Shown here in pieces: positions 50,002 through 64,000 of a DNA stretch of 64,000 nt. The stretch is from Eledone cirrhosa (Eukaryota). The stretch spans positions 352,098,001 through 352,162,000 of the forward strand of contig OZ024743.1 in NCBI GenBank assembly GCA_964016885.1, given 5' to 3'. The notes under the pieces were generated by a model. That model did not search any database and was not told the origin of the DNA. It saw only the letters and a program-made list of their open reading frames with translations. Position numbers and translations under genes: made by a program. Every line of letters starts with the position of its first letter. Positions within the stretch are counted from its first letter, which is position 1.

Positions 50002-51874
50002 TACCTGGTTGATCCTGCCAGTAGTCATATGCTTGTCTCAAAGCTTAAGCCATGCAAGTGTAAGTTCATGCCGTAAACGAATGGTGAAACCGCGAATGGC
50101 TCAGAAACCGGACCTAATCCTCGGGACCGTATTCCTCACCGCGAGGAGAGTGGATAACTGTGGCAATTCTAGAGCTAATACATGCAACTGAGGCCGCGAT
50201 CGCAGGTCGCACCCGGGAGTCGGGTTACAAACGCGCTCAGCGTTCCATCGCTGTCGTCGTTCCGTCTTCCCGCGCGGTCCCAACAGATCGCGTCGACACG
50301 GTCGGCCTTTGCATTGGTCGCGGCGCAAATATTAGACTGAGACCGACGACGCGTTAGATGCCGTCAGCGCCGTTCGCAGTTCGCTGCGTGCCGGTTGCGC
50401 GGTGTCGCGCATCAATTCGACTTTGGTGACTCTGGATAACTGTCAGTACGATCGCACGGGCTTAGAATCGCTTCTGGCCTTCGCGCGACGGGTCCCCCGC
50501 GAGTCCGCCCTATCAACTGTCGACGGCCCGGTAAGTGCCGACCGTGGTGGCAACGGGTAACGGGGAATCAGGGTTCGATTCCGGAGAGGGAGCATGCGAA
50601 ACGGCTACCACATCCAAGGAAGGCAGCAGGCGCGCAAATTACCCACTCCCGGCACGGGGAGGTAGTGACGAAAAATAACGACGCGGGACTCTGTCGAGGC
50701 CCCGCGATCGGAATGAGTACACTTCAAATCCGTTAACGAGGATCGACCGGAGGGCAAGTCTGGTGCCAGCAGCCGCGGTAATTCCAGCTCCGGTAGCGTA
50801 TATTAAAATTGTTGCGTTTGAAAAGCTCGTAGTCGGAATTCGGGTCTCGAAAGCGCGCTGCGTCGTCAGCGCGTTCGGGGCGACGGCGCCGTTGTCGTTC
50901 GCGCGCCGCGCGTCGACTTCGGTCGTCCGTTCGCACTCCCGGCCCTATTCGCCGGTGCGTGCGCGGTCGGGCCGCAGAGCTCTGCGTGCATCGCCGCTCG
51001 GCGTCACGGTGCGGACGTCGCGTTTTTACCTTCTTGCCACGCTTCTTGCCGTTCTTCTTGCCTATTTTCCTTTCCGCGTTCGGGGACGATGCGACGACGG
51101 CGCTTTTGCTTTATCGCGGGCGTTTGCCGTTCGCCTCTCGTTTTCGTTGCGGCGCTCCGGTCAGGGTTTGGAGTGTCGTCTCGCTTGGCTATTCGGTCGG
51201 TTCTTACGTCGTCGTGCCGTCACCTCGCCGCGGTCGCGCGTTCACCTCGCGGTTTTGTTTTTCTCTCCCTGCGCGTTTGCCTTTTTCTTTTCGAAAGGAG
51301 AGGTTCGTCGTCGCCAGGGTTGGATACGACGGCGTGATCGGTTTCGTCGTCGCGTCGTCTCGGCGCGTCGCTTTCCTGCGGCCGCCGTTTTGTCGTCGCG
51401 CGCGTCGTTCCGTTTCGCCGCCGATCCGCACGGTTCCTCCGAGGGTGCTCTTTACCGAGTGTCCGAGGCGGCCGGTACGTTCACTGTGAAAAAATTAGAG
51501 TGCTCAGAGCGAGCCGCACCGGCTTGCATACGAAAAACATGGAATGATGGAAAATGGCCTCGTCCGCGCGTCATCCGTCGGTCTCCGTTCACGACGAGGC
51601 AATGATCGAAGGGAGCGATCGGGGCCACTCGTATTGCGACGTTAGAGGTGAAATTCTTGGATCGTCGCAAGACGCACTGCAGCGACGGCGTGTGGCAAGC
51701 ACGTTTTCCTCGATCAAGAGCGAAAGTCGGAGGTTCGAAGACGATCAGATACCGTCGTAGTTCCGACCGTAAACGATGCCGACTGGCGCTCCGCCGGCGT
51801 TCGCTTCGATGACCCGGCGGGGAGCCTGCGCGGGAAACTATAGTCGGTTCCGGGGGGAGTATGGTTGCAAAACA

Positions 51875-51920
<46 letters not shown>

Positions 51921-52629
51921 GCGGCTTAATTTGACTCAACACGGGAAAACTCACCCGGTCCGGACACCGGTAGGATTGACAGATCGATAGCTCTTTCTCG
52001 ATTCGGTGGGTGGTGGTGCATGGCCGTTCTTAGTTGGTGGAGCGATCCGTCTGGTTGATTCCGATAACGAACGAGACTCCGGCCTGCTAACTAGCGCGTC
52101 GATTAGTGCTTTTCCGGTAGCGTGGCGGCGCCGAAGCCGTCGTCGGTAAGCTGTCCTGCGTTCGTTTTTTTTCCCTTTTTCTTCGAGCTCGGGCTTCCGT
52201 TGCCGTTGCCGTCGTCGTCGCGTCGTCGTCGTCTTCTTCTTTCGCGAGTTCGCTTGCGGAATGGAGGAATGAAGGCAGCGCTGGCGGAGGCGGCGGTCGG
52301 TTTTTCGGGCTCGGGAGGGGGGGACCGGCGCGATCAGCCCCGGCGTCGGCACGTCGTCGCGTCCGGGCCAGTCGGTTGGCGAACGCAGCGCTTCTTAGAG
52401 GGACGGGCGGCAGAAAGCCGCACGAGGCGGAGCGATAACAGGTCTGTGATGCCCTTAGATGTCCGGAGCCGCACGCGCGCTACACTGGAGGTATCAGCGG
52501 GCGCCACTCCCCCGGCCCGAGAGGGTCGGGAAACCTCTGAACCACCTCCCGTGATAGGGATCGGGGCCTGGAACCAACCCCGTGAACGAGGAATTCCCGG
52601 TAGGCGCGGGTCATCAGCCCGCGTCGATC

Positions 52630-52672
<43 letters not shown>

Positions 52673-52815
52673 CGAACGGTCCGGTGAGGTCCTCGGATCT
52701 GGCCGACGAGTTCGCAGGCCGTGCGGCGGCGTTTCGATTCGGCCGTCAGGTCGGTTCGTTGCCGTCGTCGGTGCGCTCTCTGATGGCCCGGAGAAGACGA
52801 CCGAACCCGATCGCT

Positions 52816-52873
<58 letters not shown>
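50002..52873 (+). rRNA. 18S rRNA: 18S rRNA, copy 2
   Basis: tacctggttgatcctgccag ... ggaaggatcatta. Confidence 0.98.
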
Positions 52874-53403
52874 CCGCGTATATTATATCGTTTATTGCCG
52901 ACGCTGCCGCCAAACGAAAGCCGCCTTATTTTCGTTATTCGATGATCACAACAACGGTCGGGTTCGTCATCTGAAGACGCCTAGCAGACGGCGTAACCCG
53001 TTAAATGGAGCGAGCGCCGTTTTGCGAAATCGCCGCCAATATCGCTTACTGCGCGTCTACAGCCGCCTAAACCGCTCCTACCGTTATTCTTTTCTTTTGC
53101 CGGCGCCAGCACGACGCTCGGCTGATAACATTTGCGCATCGTTCGATTTCGTATCCGAAAGAACGTATTTTTTCGACGTGCCCTTCTTATTTTTCTCCTC
53201 CTCTCACCTCGCCCGCGGAAGCAGCAAAGCAGCCAGCAGCAGACAAACCGCAGCGAGCAGCGAACGTGAAAACCTCCCGTGAATAACGTCGCTGTCGCCG
53301 CCGCCGCCGTCCTCCGCCATCGTCTACCGTTGGTTGTTTCTATGCTTTCGCGTTCATTTTACCGTGTTTTTTTTTTCGTTTTCGTTTTCGTTTAAAATTG
53401 ACA

Positions 53404-53565
53404 AAACCCTGGACGGGGGATCACTCGGCTCGTCCGTCGATGAAGAGCGCGGCTATCCGCGTGAACTGATGCGAATTGCAGGACTCAGTGAACATCGACA
53501 CCTCGAACGCACATTGCGGCCCCGGGATTCCACCGTCCCGGGGCCCCGTCCGGTCGAGAGGCGGT
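53404..53565 (+). rRNA. 5.8S rRNA: 5.8S rRNA, copy 2
   Basis: Same motifs as copy 1. Confidence 0.95.
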
Positions 53566-55656
53566 CACGATACAATCGCGATGTCTGCTGTTTCGCCATG
53601 CGCCGCCCGCTCACGAGAGTGAGAGATGAAAGAGAGAAACACATCCGCCTTTTGCGCTGCTGCCGCTGCCCGCCTTAGCGAAGCGCAGTTTCTTTTCTTT
53701 TTCTCTTCTCTTTTGCGCCATGGTAACAGCGGGAAGTCGGGAGTCGCAGAAGAAGCGAGAGTCGTCGCTCGCGGAACGCTCCGTCTCCCGTATTGAAATA
53801 ATAACTAACACTTTTCGTCGTTATTTTTCTTTATTTCTCGCCGTTCGCTTCGGAGATCGTCGCACGGAAAGAGAAAGATTTAGAAGAAGGGAAGACGAGA
53901 AGGGTAAAAAGAAACGCAGTAACACAGGCGCGGTCGTTGTTCGTCGGCCGGCGTTCGCTCTGCGAGTCGCCAAAAACACAAAGCGTTCGTGTCGGCCGAC
54001 GAGAAACGATTTCGATTCCGCTTCTTTTTTTCCCATTTCTCTCGTCTTTTCCACATTCCGCCTTGGCGCCCGCTCTATATCGCCAACCTCTTCTTTATCA
54101 ATGCCGCCTTCTTCTTACCGTCCTCGTTCTTCGTATTCAGCGTATTCGGCGTATGCGAATAGCTGCCCTCGACTCGGACGCGACTACCCGCCGAACTTAA
54201 GCATATCGCTAAGCGGAGGAAAAGAAACCAACCGGGATTCCCTTAGTAACGGCGAGTGAACTGGGAGGAGCCCAACGCTGAATCTCGTCGTCCGCAAGCA
54301 GGCCGTCGAGAGCTGTGGCGCAAGGGTCGTACACGGTCGTTCGTTTCGCCCGGCTAGGTTCGGAGTCCCCTCGATCGGGGCTGCCCAAAGCGGATGCCAG
54401 GCCCATTCGGAGCCGGCGGCGGTCGACAGTGTCTCTTTCTTCGGCCCGAGAGTCGGGTTGCTTGGGAACGCAGCCCAAAGCGGGTGGTAAGCTCCATCCA
54501 AGGCTAAATACCGGAACGAGTCCGATAGCCGACAAGTACCGCGAGGGAAAGTTGAAAAGAACTTTGGAGAGAGAGTTCAAGAGACCGTGAAACCGCCCAG
54601 GGGTTAAACGGGTAGGACCGTTCACCGTGATCGCGAGGGGACTCAGTCCGCTGCTGTTTTAAGGCGCCGTCGTCGTCGGCGGCGGTCTCTCGTTTCGACG
54701 AGTCGACCGCCGACCGCCTCGCCGGCGTTACGATTCGCAGGGTGCCGGCATCGGACGCACTTCCCCTTCGATCCCTCGTCGCGACCCGTTCCCGTCAGGC
54801 TGGATGGCGCGCGGTGTCCGCAGGTCGCAGAGCGGCGTCCCGCCTAGAAAACGAACCATTCCCGGTTCGCTTTCGAAGCGGGTTTCCGAAAACAGCGCTT
54901 CTCTCGACCGGGCCCGTCGCTCGGCGGTGGTTTTCATCGTCCCAGGCACGGCTAACAGGCGGGGACGGGACAAACGCGCGTGTTCCTTTATTAGCCGCAG
55001 CGCCGTTCGTATATGCTTAGGTTGGTTTTTTTAAATATCCTTTAAAATTTCTGATCGGCTTTCGAGAAAGCGGCCGCCTCGTTCGCTCGCCCCGTTTGCT
55101 TTTTCTCTTTTGCTCTCTTTGCGGAGCAGGAGGGAGCGGGTCGCTGGGCGGACGAGGATCGCGAGCCGTCCGCTGCTGCAGGTCTGCGACGAGCATCGGC
55201 AACCTACCCGACCCGTCTTGAAACACGGACCGAGGAGTCCCAGTCGGTTGCGAGTCGTTGGAGCGAAAGAAATCGAATTTAACGAACTCCGACGGCGAAG
55301 TGAAAGCGAGAACGTGACGCGTCGTCGACGGCGGCGTTAGAGGCTGGTTTGAATTGACGGCATGCGGCATGGCCTTCGGGTCGTGTCGCTGTTGTTTTTT
55401 TCTTCTTTTTTCCGCGCCGTCGTAGGCGTTTCGAAGCATCGTTCCCGGGTCGGGTGTGCGCGTCGCGTGGCGGCTTTCGGGCCGTCGGCGCGGCGCGCTC
55501 CGACTCAGGTGTAGCAGGCGGCCGGGGACCCGAAAGATGGCGATCCACGCCCGGTCGGGACGAAGCCAGAGGAAACTCTGGTGGAAGTCCGAAGCGCCTC
55601 TGACGTGCAAATCGATCGTCGGAACCGGGTGTAGGGGCGAAAGACCAATCGAGCCG

Positions 55657-55699
<43 letters not shown>

Positions 55700-57721
55700 C
55701 GCCAGCAGCAGACAGAACGACACGCAATTCCGTCCGGTAAAGCGAACGACTGGAGGCCCCGGGGACGTTGACGGCCTCGATCTACTCTCGAACTCGGAAC
55801 GGGCGAAACGGGCCGCTCTCTCTCCCGATCGGAGGCGGCCGCCGTCTCGGCGACGAATGCACGGTGCCAAGTGGGCCACTTTTGGTAAGCAGAACTGGTG
55901 ATGTGGGATGAACCGAACGTCCGGCTAAGGTGCCCTACGCTTCGCCCATTAGATCCCCGAAAGGGTGTCGGTCGATATAGACAGCAGGACGGTGGCCACG
56001 GAAGTCGGAATCCGCTCAGGAGTGTGTAACAACTTACCTGCCGAATCGACCGGCCCCGAAAATGGATGGCGCTGGAGCGAGCGACCGATGCCGGACCGGC
56101 CAGGCGATAGGCGAAAAAAGGTAACACGACGTAACTTTCTTCGATGCCTGGTCGAGTAGGAGGGCGCCGCGGCGTGCACGGAAGCCGCGGGCGTGAGCCG
56201 GGGTGAAGCCGACCGCGGGTGCAGATCTCGGTGGTAGTAGCAAATATTCGAACGAGACCTTCGAAGACCGAAGTGGAGAAGGGTTCCGTGCCAACGGCGG
56301 TCGAGCACGGGTCAGTCGGTCCTAAGAAGCGGGCGAAAGCTTGTACGAAAGGCGCCGGATCCGTTGTCGAGAAAGAGGAAAAAAAAAGAAAAACCCCCCC
56401 TTTTTTTTTTTGGCTTCTCTGTTTTTGTTACGGCCGGCCTTGCATCGAAAGGGAATCGGGTTAATATTCCCGAACCCGTACTCGGAGAGTGCTCGTCCGT
56501 CGGTGGAATTTAACGCGTCGTCGCGTCATCGAAGCCGGCGGTCGGGCGAAGCAGCGGCAACGCAAGCGAGCCCGGAGACGTTGCCGGGAGCCCTGGGAAG
56601 AGTTCTCTCTTCTTCGTAAAGGACCGCGTCCGTGGAATCGGCTCGTCCGGAGATACGGATATGGTACCTGTAGAGCGCCGCGTCTCGGGCGGCGTCCGGT
56701 GCGCTCTCGGCGGCCCTGGAAAATCCGGGTCCGTAACGATTCGCAGCTCTCGAGTCGGTCCGTACCCACCATCCGCAGCAGGTCTCCAAGGTGTACAGCC
56801 TCTCGTCGATAGCGCCAATGTAGGTAAGAGAAGTCGGCAAAATGGATCCGTACCTTCGGAAGAAGGATTGGCTCCGAGGACCGGGTCGGTCGGGCCGTGT
56901 GTGTGTCGGCCTGTCGGCCGTCTTGTTGTTTTTTTCCAAAAACTCGGGATCGGTCGCGCGGCACGTCTGTACGCGAAGCGGTGAACCGGTACGGGGCTGT
57001 AGCGTTGGCGTCGGACTTGACGTTCGAGCGTCGGTCGGGTGGTCGATTTGCGCCCGTTTCGTTTGCGTTCGTTTCGTTTTTCCTTGCCCTTCTTTCGGTT
57101 GGCGGCGAGGAGAGAGAGGAAGAAGGCGGCGGCGGCGGCTGCGGGTTGGTCGCGCGGAGGCGGACGGGGTTTGTTGAAAGATTACCGCGGAGGAGGGATG
57201 AAGGCGTAGCAGTAGACGGGGGGAGAGGCTTGTCGCTCGCAAGGGCGGTTTGTTTGTTTTTTCGTTTTTCTGCTCGCTTTTGTTTTGTTCTTTCGGTTTT
57301 TTTTTCTCTTTCCTTTACTGTTCGTCGCAGTGCCGGCGGCTCGCGCGTCGTCGTCGTCTTTTTTTCTTCGTTTTCTTCGTTTTTGTCGGTCGGAAACAAA
57401 AACGGGGGGCTTGGAGAGGCGCTAGCTTGGCGTTGGCGAGCGGCGTTTCGGTCGGTTGCTTTTTGCGACGTTCGATGCGTAGTGGGCGCGAACAACACGG
57501 CTCCACGCCCGGGACACCGTGGAGCGACACGGTTTCGGGCTCGTTGGCGCGTCGGTTAGCTTCCTTTCTTTCTTGTTCGCGAGGAGGAGGGCGGTTGCCG
57601 AGACGCGCGGCAGGCGTTCGGCCGGCGGCGAACGGTCAACTCGAAACTGGTACGGACCGGGGGAATCCGACTGTCTAATTAAAACAGAGCATCGCGTAGC
57701 CGGCCGAGCCGCATAGACGCG

Positions 57722-57753
<32 letters not shown>

Positions 57754-57769
57754 AGTGAAGAAATTCAAC

Positions 57770-57799
<30 letters not shown>

Positions 57800-57808
<9 letters not shown>

Positions 57809-58021
57809 GTCGGCGCTACCCTTGACGTGGGAAGAGAGCTTAAATCCGTGGTTAGAGCTGTACGAGTGAGTCAACTTGACGCGTACCTTTGGAAGTTTGA
57901 CTCCTTTCGGAGGTTGGCGCCCTCTTCGAGGGGTCGGTTCCGGGGTGCGGGTTCGGGTTGGCTCGGCAGGTTTTACCATACTCGGTTGGTCTGCCACATT
58001 AAGGATGAACTAATTGGCGCC
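57800..58021 (+). ncRNA. HDV-like ribozyme fold, copy 2
   Basis: Same pairing elements as 18661-18882. Confidence 0.75.
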
Positions 58022-58966
58022 TAAATTATGATTGTAATAATTATATAAAAATCATATATCCGTACGGTAGCTGGGGGCCGTTTTAAAACCAGTAACCGAG
58101 GGGTCGGGATGGGCCCCTTAGGTTTACTAACTGCAGCGGGCCGCTGTGGTGGCTCCATGATCATTACAGCGAACGTGATGGGATGTGGAGTCGCCGTGGT
58201 GGCTTGCTGTGGTACTTAACCACCCTCGAGGGCTGACAGGGAGCCGGGATACGCCCTCTGGATTAGAGCCGGCTCAAACCTTTTTTTTTTTTTTTTTTTT
58301 TGTCCTTGTTTTTTTTTGTGTGGGCGCGGAAGTGCCTGGAAACTCTCTTCCTAGTTTTTTTTTTTTATTAACTCGGTGAGCGGTCGGATATAATATCCGA
58401 GAAGGAAAAGTAAGACGTCTCCGCCGTTCCGCTAGTCTGGTGGTTCGCCTTGGGAAAGCGATAGAACCACCTTATCCCCCCGTTGCAGGGTTACGCGTTG
58501 CTTAAAGGAAAGTGCTTTTTTTTATTATTAACAGTTTCGTTAATAATATTTTAGGAATAGGAAGGGAGTGATGAAATGGCTTCTGGAGCGCCCCACAACT
58601 TTTTTTTTTTTTTTTTATAGAGTACAATGTACGGCCAGGGAGTTTGGAGCCTCCCTGTGCGGGATTCCGGCAACAGGATCTCCGCGCGGGGTTCGGTTCC
58701 GGTTGCTTACTTGGTGCGTACAACCAAGTAAGCAACCGGGAGGGCTTAGTGTCTCGCATGGCTCGCTCGCTGAGGTGGCTCCCAGCCAGCCCTCGCGGGG
58801 TCCATGGCTTGGCCTGCTCTCTTGGCGTGACCAACCAAATTTGACAGGGCACGCCGTTCATGCCATAGTTTGCTTGATGACGTTGGCCCGTGGGACCACC
58901 CACTTTAAAAAAAAGGGAAAGGCGGCTTATACTTTGCAAAAAGTATAAGTTAATAGCCAGCTAAAA
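57809..58966 (+). mobile_element. 1158-bp ORF-less R2-site insertion, copy 2
   Basis: gactctctt[gtcggcgc...gctaaaa]tagccaaatgcc; the downstream target is canonical in this copy. Confidence 0.9.
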
Positions 58967-59006
<40 letters not shown>

Positions 59007-59041
59007 CGGATCAACGAGATTCCCACTGTCCCTATCTACTG

Positions 59042-59076
<35 letters not shown>

Positions 59077-59083
59077 CGGATCG

Positions 59084-59123
<40 letters not shown>

Positions 59124-59693
59124 TTTTGTGAGGGCACACGGTAGGCGTAGCATAGGCGGGAGCAATCTTGCGTCTCTCGGCTGGCGGCAGCGTCGTTTGC
59201 GGGTCGCTTGCGGCTTTGCGGCGGCGTTCGCCGTCTGTCGGGTACCGTGCGCGTTTGCGTCGATGAAAAACCGCCACTTCCGTAGTTTCTTCGCTCACTC
59301 GATTGAGAAGGGACGGGGCCGTCGCCGAGCGGTGGTTCATTTATCTGGTGCGAAGCGTGCGGTGCATGTCGCGCGCGCACACGTTGTGCGCCGACGCAGC
59401 CGATGCGCGACCCTTAGTCGAGAACAGTGTCGGTCGGGGAGTTTGACTGGGGCGGTACGTCTGTCAAAGGGTAACGCAGGTGTCCCAAGGCGAGCTCAGC
59501 GTGGACGGAAACCACACGTTGAGCAAAAGGGCAAAAGCTCGCTCGATCTCGATTTTCAGTACGAATACGGACCGCGAAAGCGTGGCCCATCGATCCTTTC
59601 CGAATAGCGGCGAGCTATGCGTCCGCCGAGAGGTGTCAGAAAAGTTACCACAGGATAACTGGCTTGTGGCGGCCAAGCGTTCGCAGCGACGTC

Positions 59694-59731
<38 letters not shown>

Positions 59732-60734
59732 CGAAGCAGAATTCGCAAAGCGTTGGATTGTTCACCCACTAACAGGGAACGTGAGCTGGGTTTAGACTGT
59801 CGTGAGACAGGTTAGTTTTATCCTACCGATGCATTGCGTGTAGGCGGCGGCGGTGGCGGCTGCAGCCACCTTCTCGAAGGCGGCTGCGGTCGGCGTCGCC
59901 GCCGGCAACGTCAACTCGGCTACGGCTATCCCGTCCAGTACGAGAGGAACCGCGGGATCAGAGCAACGGTTTGCGCGCTCGCTCGATAGAGCGGTGGTGC
60001 CAGGCTGCCTCTGAGCGATAACGGCTGAACGCCTCTAAGCCGGAACCGTAGCCGGACCCGAGTTGTTTTTCGAAAGCGTCTCAACCTTCTTAAGGCGCAT
60101 GCCTTAGTTTGGCGATTGCCGTCCGTTCGGCGAAGTCGCTTCCCTTTTCGGGGTGCGCGTCGTCGTCGGCGGCAGCGTCAGCGGAATTGCCATTCTGTGA
60201 CGATTACGACGATTCGTCGTCGTTGTCGTCCGTTCGATTTGTCGAAAGAGATCGAGACGAAAAGGATCGCTTGTATACGACTCGACTTGCCGTTCGGAGT
60301 GACGTGCTTAGTAGAGCAGCTACCACACTGCGATCTATTGAGTCTCTTCTCACGAACGACACGATCCGCCCACCGAGGCGGCAGACACCAAAAAAAAAAA
60401 AAGAAATTTGAAAAGCGGCTAAGGAAGGAAGGAAGGAAGGAACGAACGAACGAGAGATAGCAGCAGCAGCAGCAGCAGCTAGCGGGTTGGAGCAATGACT
60501 CGGTTTTCTTTCGACGGGTTAGCGTAGCAACAATGACGACGACGACATACAAACAAGTCCGCTCCTTAGCCGCCGCCAATTGTTAGGTTCGTTCTTTATT
60601 ACACTTCCACCGCTGCTACTGCAAACCACCAACCACTTTCCGCGCGCCAACTTTTACGACGATTTCGCTCGCTCGCTCGCCGCTCGTTTGCCAGGTTGCG
60701 CCAACGACCCTCAAGGTCGATTAGCATCGAAAAT

Positions 60735-61390
60735 AGAGAGAGTTCGCGGTGAATGCGACACAGCCTTGGTTCGAGTGCCGCCGATCCGTCTTCCGAGTTG
60801 GTTAGTTTTGTGTATGTTACACGTAGTGAGAGAGTTCGCGGTGAATGCGACACGGCCTTGGTTAGAGTGCCGCCGATCCGTCTTCCGAGTTGGTTATTTT
60901 TGCGTGTGTTACACGTAGCCGCCGCCCATCCGTCGTCCGAGTTGGTTAGTTATGTTTGACGTGTAGCAGGCGGATTCTGTTTTGTGTGTGTGTCTGTGTG
61001 TGATACAAGCCGCCCATCCGTCGTCCGAGTTGGTTAGTTATGTTTGACGTGTAGCAGGCGGCGGATTCTGTTTTGTGTGTGTGTCTGTGTGTGATACAAG
61101 CCGCCCATCCGTCGTCCGAGTTGGTTAGTTATGTTTGACGTGTAGCAGGCGGCGGATTCTGTTTTGTGTGTGTGTCTGTGTGTGATACAAGCCGCCCATC
61201 CGTCGTCCGAGTTGGTTAGTTATGTTTGACGTGTAGCAGGCGGATTCTGTTTTGTGTGTGTGTCTGTGTGTGATACAAGCCGCCCGTCTTCCAAGTTATG
61301 TTTTAAGTGTAGCCGATGGTGTGTGTGTCTGTGTGTGATACAAGCCGCACATCCGTCGTCCGTCTTCCAAGTTATGTTTTACGTGTAGCC
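60735..61390 (+). repeat. 3' tandem repeats downstream of 28S, copy 2 (extra 92-bp unit)
   Basis: gagagagttcgcggtgaatgcgacac...ttacacgtag appears twice, followed by the 88-91-bp units. Confidence 0.85.
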
Positions 61391-63649
61391 GGCGGAAAGA
61401 AATCCAATCCGCCGGCTAGGCGGTTCCGCCTCCGACCCGTACATTTACGAGTAGCTGCCGGGAAAGACAGACGGCAAGACGGCGGCGTGTATACGCGAAG
61501 TTCCCGACGCGACACGACGCCTTCCGTCTTCCGCCTCGAACCCGGCAAACGTTCCTTTATTCGTTCACGCCTACCCGCTTTGATCGCGGAAAGAAATCCA
61601 TTCCGCCGGCTAGGCGGTTCCGCCGCCGACCCGTACATTTACGAGTAGCTGCCGGGAAAGACAGACGGCAAGACGGCGGCGTGTATACGCGACGCGAGGC
61701 GAAGTTACAAGACGCGACACGACGCCTCCGTCTTCCGCCTAGAACCCGGCAAACGTTCCTTTATTCGTCCACGCCTTCCCGCTTCGATCGCGAGAAAGTA
61801 ATCAATCCGCCGTCGAGGCGGTTCCGCCGCCGACCCGTAAGCTTACGGGTCGGCAGCGGGGAATACGACCGTCCAGGGCCTTTGCAGCACGGCCAGGGGG
61901 TCCTGTCTATTATATAGGGTAAGCTTGATCGGACGAGCTCGAAGAAAACGATTCCGGGTGCTACCCGTCGAGAGTCGTGAATATTCCGTTTTCAAGACGG
62001 GTACGTGCCGGCTTGCACTATGCTATGTCGGATGTCTCCGCCTCGACGACATGCCGTCTAGAACTCGTCCGCCCCGCCTGCACGTTAACGGCCGCCCTCC
62101 ACCTCCGCTCCGTCTTCCGCCTCCGATGCGTGTTCCGCCGTTAATGCGTGCCCAGTTGGCCGCCTCCGACCCGTGTGGCTGCAGGGGAATCGAGCCGATG
62201 TCGACGCCCGGACGGCGGCGTGTTGTAGCTTGGTCGACGCGACGACAACACGCCGCCAACTTGCTTCCTTCGGGGAGGCCCCGTGTAGACGGCGGAAAGA
62301 AATCCATTCCGCCGGCTAGGCGGTTCCGCCGCCGACCCGTACTTTTACGAGTAGCTGCCGGGAAAGACAGGCGGCAAGACGGCGTGTACACGCGACACGA
62401 AGCCTTCCGCCTCGTACCCGGTAAACGTTCCGCCGTTGATGCGTGCCGAGTCAGCCGCGTCCGACCCGTGGTGGCTGCAGGGGAATCCAGACGAACGGCG
62501 AAGTGGTGTAGCTTCGCCGACGACACGCCGCCTTCTATCTCTCTAGCCATTCTAGGTCCCGCATCGACAGCGGGACCGAAGCCAACCCGCCGACTAGGCG
62601 GTTCCGCAGCCGACCCGTGGCCGGCGGATCGTCCTTGGGGGATTTGCAACGATTCCGGAGGATGCAGCACGGCCAGGGGGTCCTGTCTATTATAGAGGGT
62701 AAGCTTGATCGGACGAGCTCGAAGAAAACGATTCCGGGTGCTACCCGTTGAGAGTCGTGAATATTCCGTTTTCAAGACGGGTACGTGCCGGCTTACCCTA
62801 TGCTATGTCGGATGTCTCCGCCTCGAACGACATGCCGTCCAGAACTCGTCCGCCCCGCCTGCACGTTAACGCCCGCGCTCCGCCTTCCCCCAGCGATGCG
62901 TGTTCCACCGTTAAGGCTTGCCCAGTTGGCCGCCTCCGACCCGTGTGGCTGCAGGGGAATCCAGCCGATGACGACGCCCGGACGGCGGCGTGTTGTGACT
63001 TGGTCGACGCGACGACAACACGCTGCCAGCTAGCTTCCTTCGGGGAGGCCCCTTGTAGACGGCGGAAAGAAATCTATTCCGCCGGCCAGGCGGTTCCGCC
63101 GCCGACCCGTACATTTACGAGTAGCTGCCGGGAAAGACAGACGGCAAGACGGCGTGTATACGCGAAGCGAGGCGAAGTTCCCCGACGCGACACGACGCCC
63201 TCCGTCTTCCGCCTCCGACCCGGCAAACGTTACTTCATTTGTCCACGCCTTCCCGCTTCGATCGCGGAAAGAAATCCATTCCGCCGGCTAGGCGGTTCCG
63301 CCGCCGACCCGTACTTTTACGAGTAGCTGCCGGGAAAGACAGGCGGCAAGACGGCGTGTATACGCGAAGCGAAGCGAAGTTCCCCGACGCGACAGGACGC
63401 CTTCCGTCTTCCGCCTCGAACCCGGCAAACGTTCCTTTATTCGTTCACGCCTTCCCGCTTCGATCGCGGAAACAAATCCATTCCGCCGGCTAGGCGGTTC
63501 CGCCGCCGACCCGTACTTTTACGAGTAGCTGCCGGGAAAGACAGGCGGCAAGACGGCGTGTATACGCGAAGTTCCGCCACGCGACAGGATCCATTCCGTC
63601 TTCCGCCTCGAACCCGGCAAACGTTCCTTTATTCGTTCTCGCCTTGCCG
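61391..63649 (+). repeat. rDNA IGS subrepeats, copy 2
   Basis: Spacer promoter motifs at 61908 and 62688; same right junction as copy 1. Confidence 0.9.
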
Positions 63650-64000
63650 AGTACTGACTTTAGAAAGTACATTGAAAAATCTTGGAAGAGATACCTTGAC
63701 GACTGTTTCATCATCTGGACAGAATCTCTAGATACTCTGGATGAGTTCAATATCCTCCTGAATAACCTAGACTCATCTCTCCAATTCACAAAAGAGATGA
63801 GTAGGACCAAATTACCATTCCTAGATATAATGATAATCAAAAACGACACCACCATTACCACGGATATATATTATAAACACACAGACACCCATCAATATCT
63901 GAATTTTATGTCGTGCCATCCACCTCATACAAAACGCAACATCCCATACTGCCTAGCCAGAAGAATTTGTACCATTGTAGAAGATACGAATACCAAGTAC
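63650..64000 (+). pseudogene. Penelope-like RT downstream piece, copy 2 (runs off window)
   Basis: Same sequence as 24412 onward (WKRYLDDCFIIW). Confidence 0.9.

Larger units (their letters stand above)
54162..60368 (+). rRNA. 28S rRNA: 28S rRNA, copy 2, interrupted at 57809-58966
   Basis: Same motifs as copy 1. Confidence 0.97.
40107..64000. repeat. macro-repeat unit, copy 2 (partial, runs off window end)
   Basis: Near-identical to 1-~24760, including TE fragments, the rDNA cassette and both cassette junctions. Confidence 0.97.

Overview
Eukaryotic (animal) genomic DNA, most likely a cephalopod/octopus. This is inferred from the very long GC-rich 18S (2872 nt), a tRNA-derived SINE and AT-rich, microsatellite-rich flanks. 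The window holds about 1.6 copies of a ~40.1-kb tandem macro-repeat (position 1 recurs at 40107). Each unit contains one full 45S rDNA cassette (~19.4 kb: IGS with Pol I spacer-promoter repeats, 5'ETS, 18S, ITS1, 5.8S, ITS2, 28S, 3' repeats, more IGS). The cassette sits inside the reverse-transcriptase ORF of a Penelope-like element, between RT motif B' and the YLDD motif. Its two ends are neighbouring positions of one IGS subrepeat (9 nt apart), as expected for an integrated rDNA circle. Both 28S copies carry the same ~1.16-kb ORF-less insertion exactly at the R2 retrotransposon target site. The insertion begins with a complete but non-canonical HDV-like ribozyme fold that uses 28S sequence as P1 and ends in a hairpin plus AAAA, so it is a candidate non-autonomous R2 derivative. 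The other ~20.7 kb of the unit is degraded transposon DNA (Penelope-like, RTE, RLE-clade LINE, Helitron, Gypsy, SINEs, MITEs) and microsatellites. No intact host protein-coding gene is evident.
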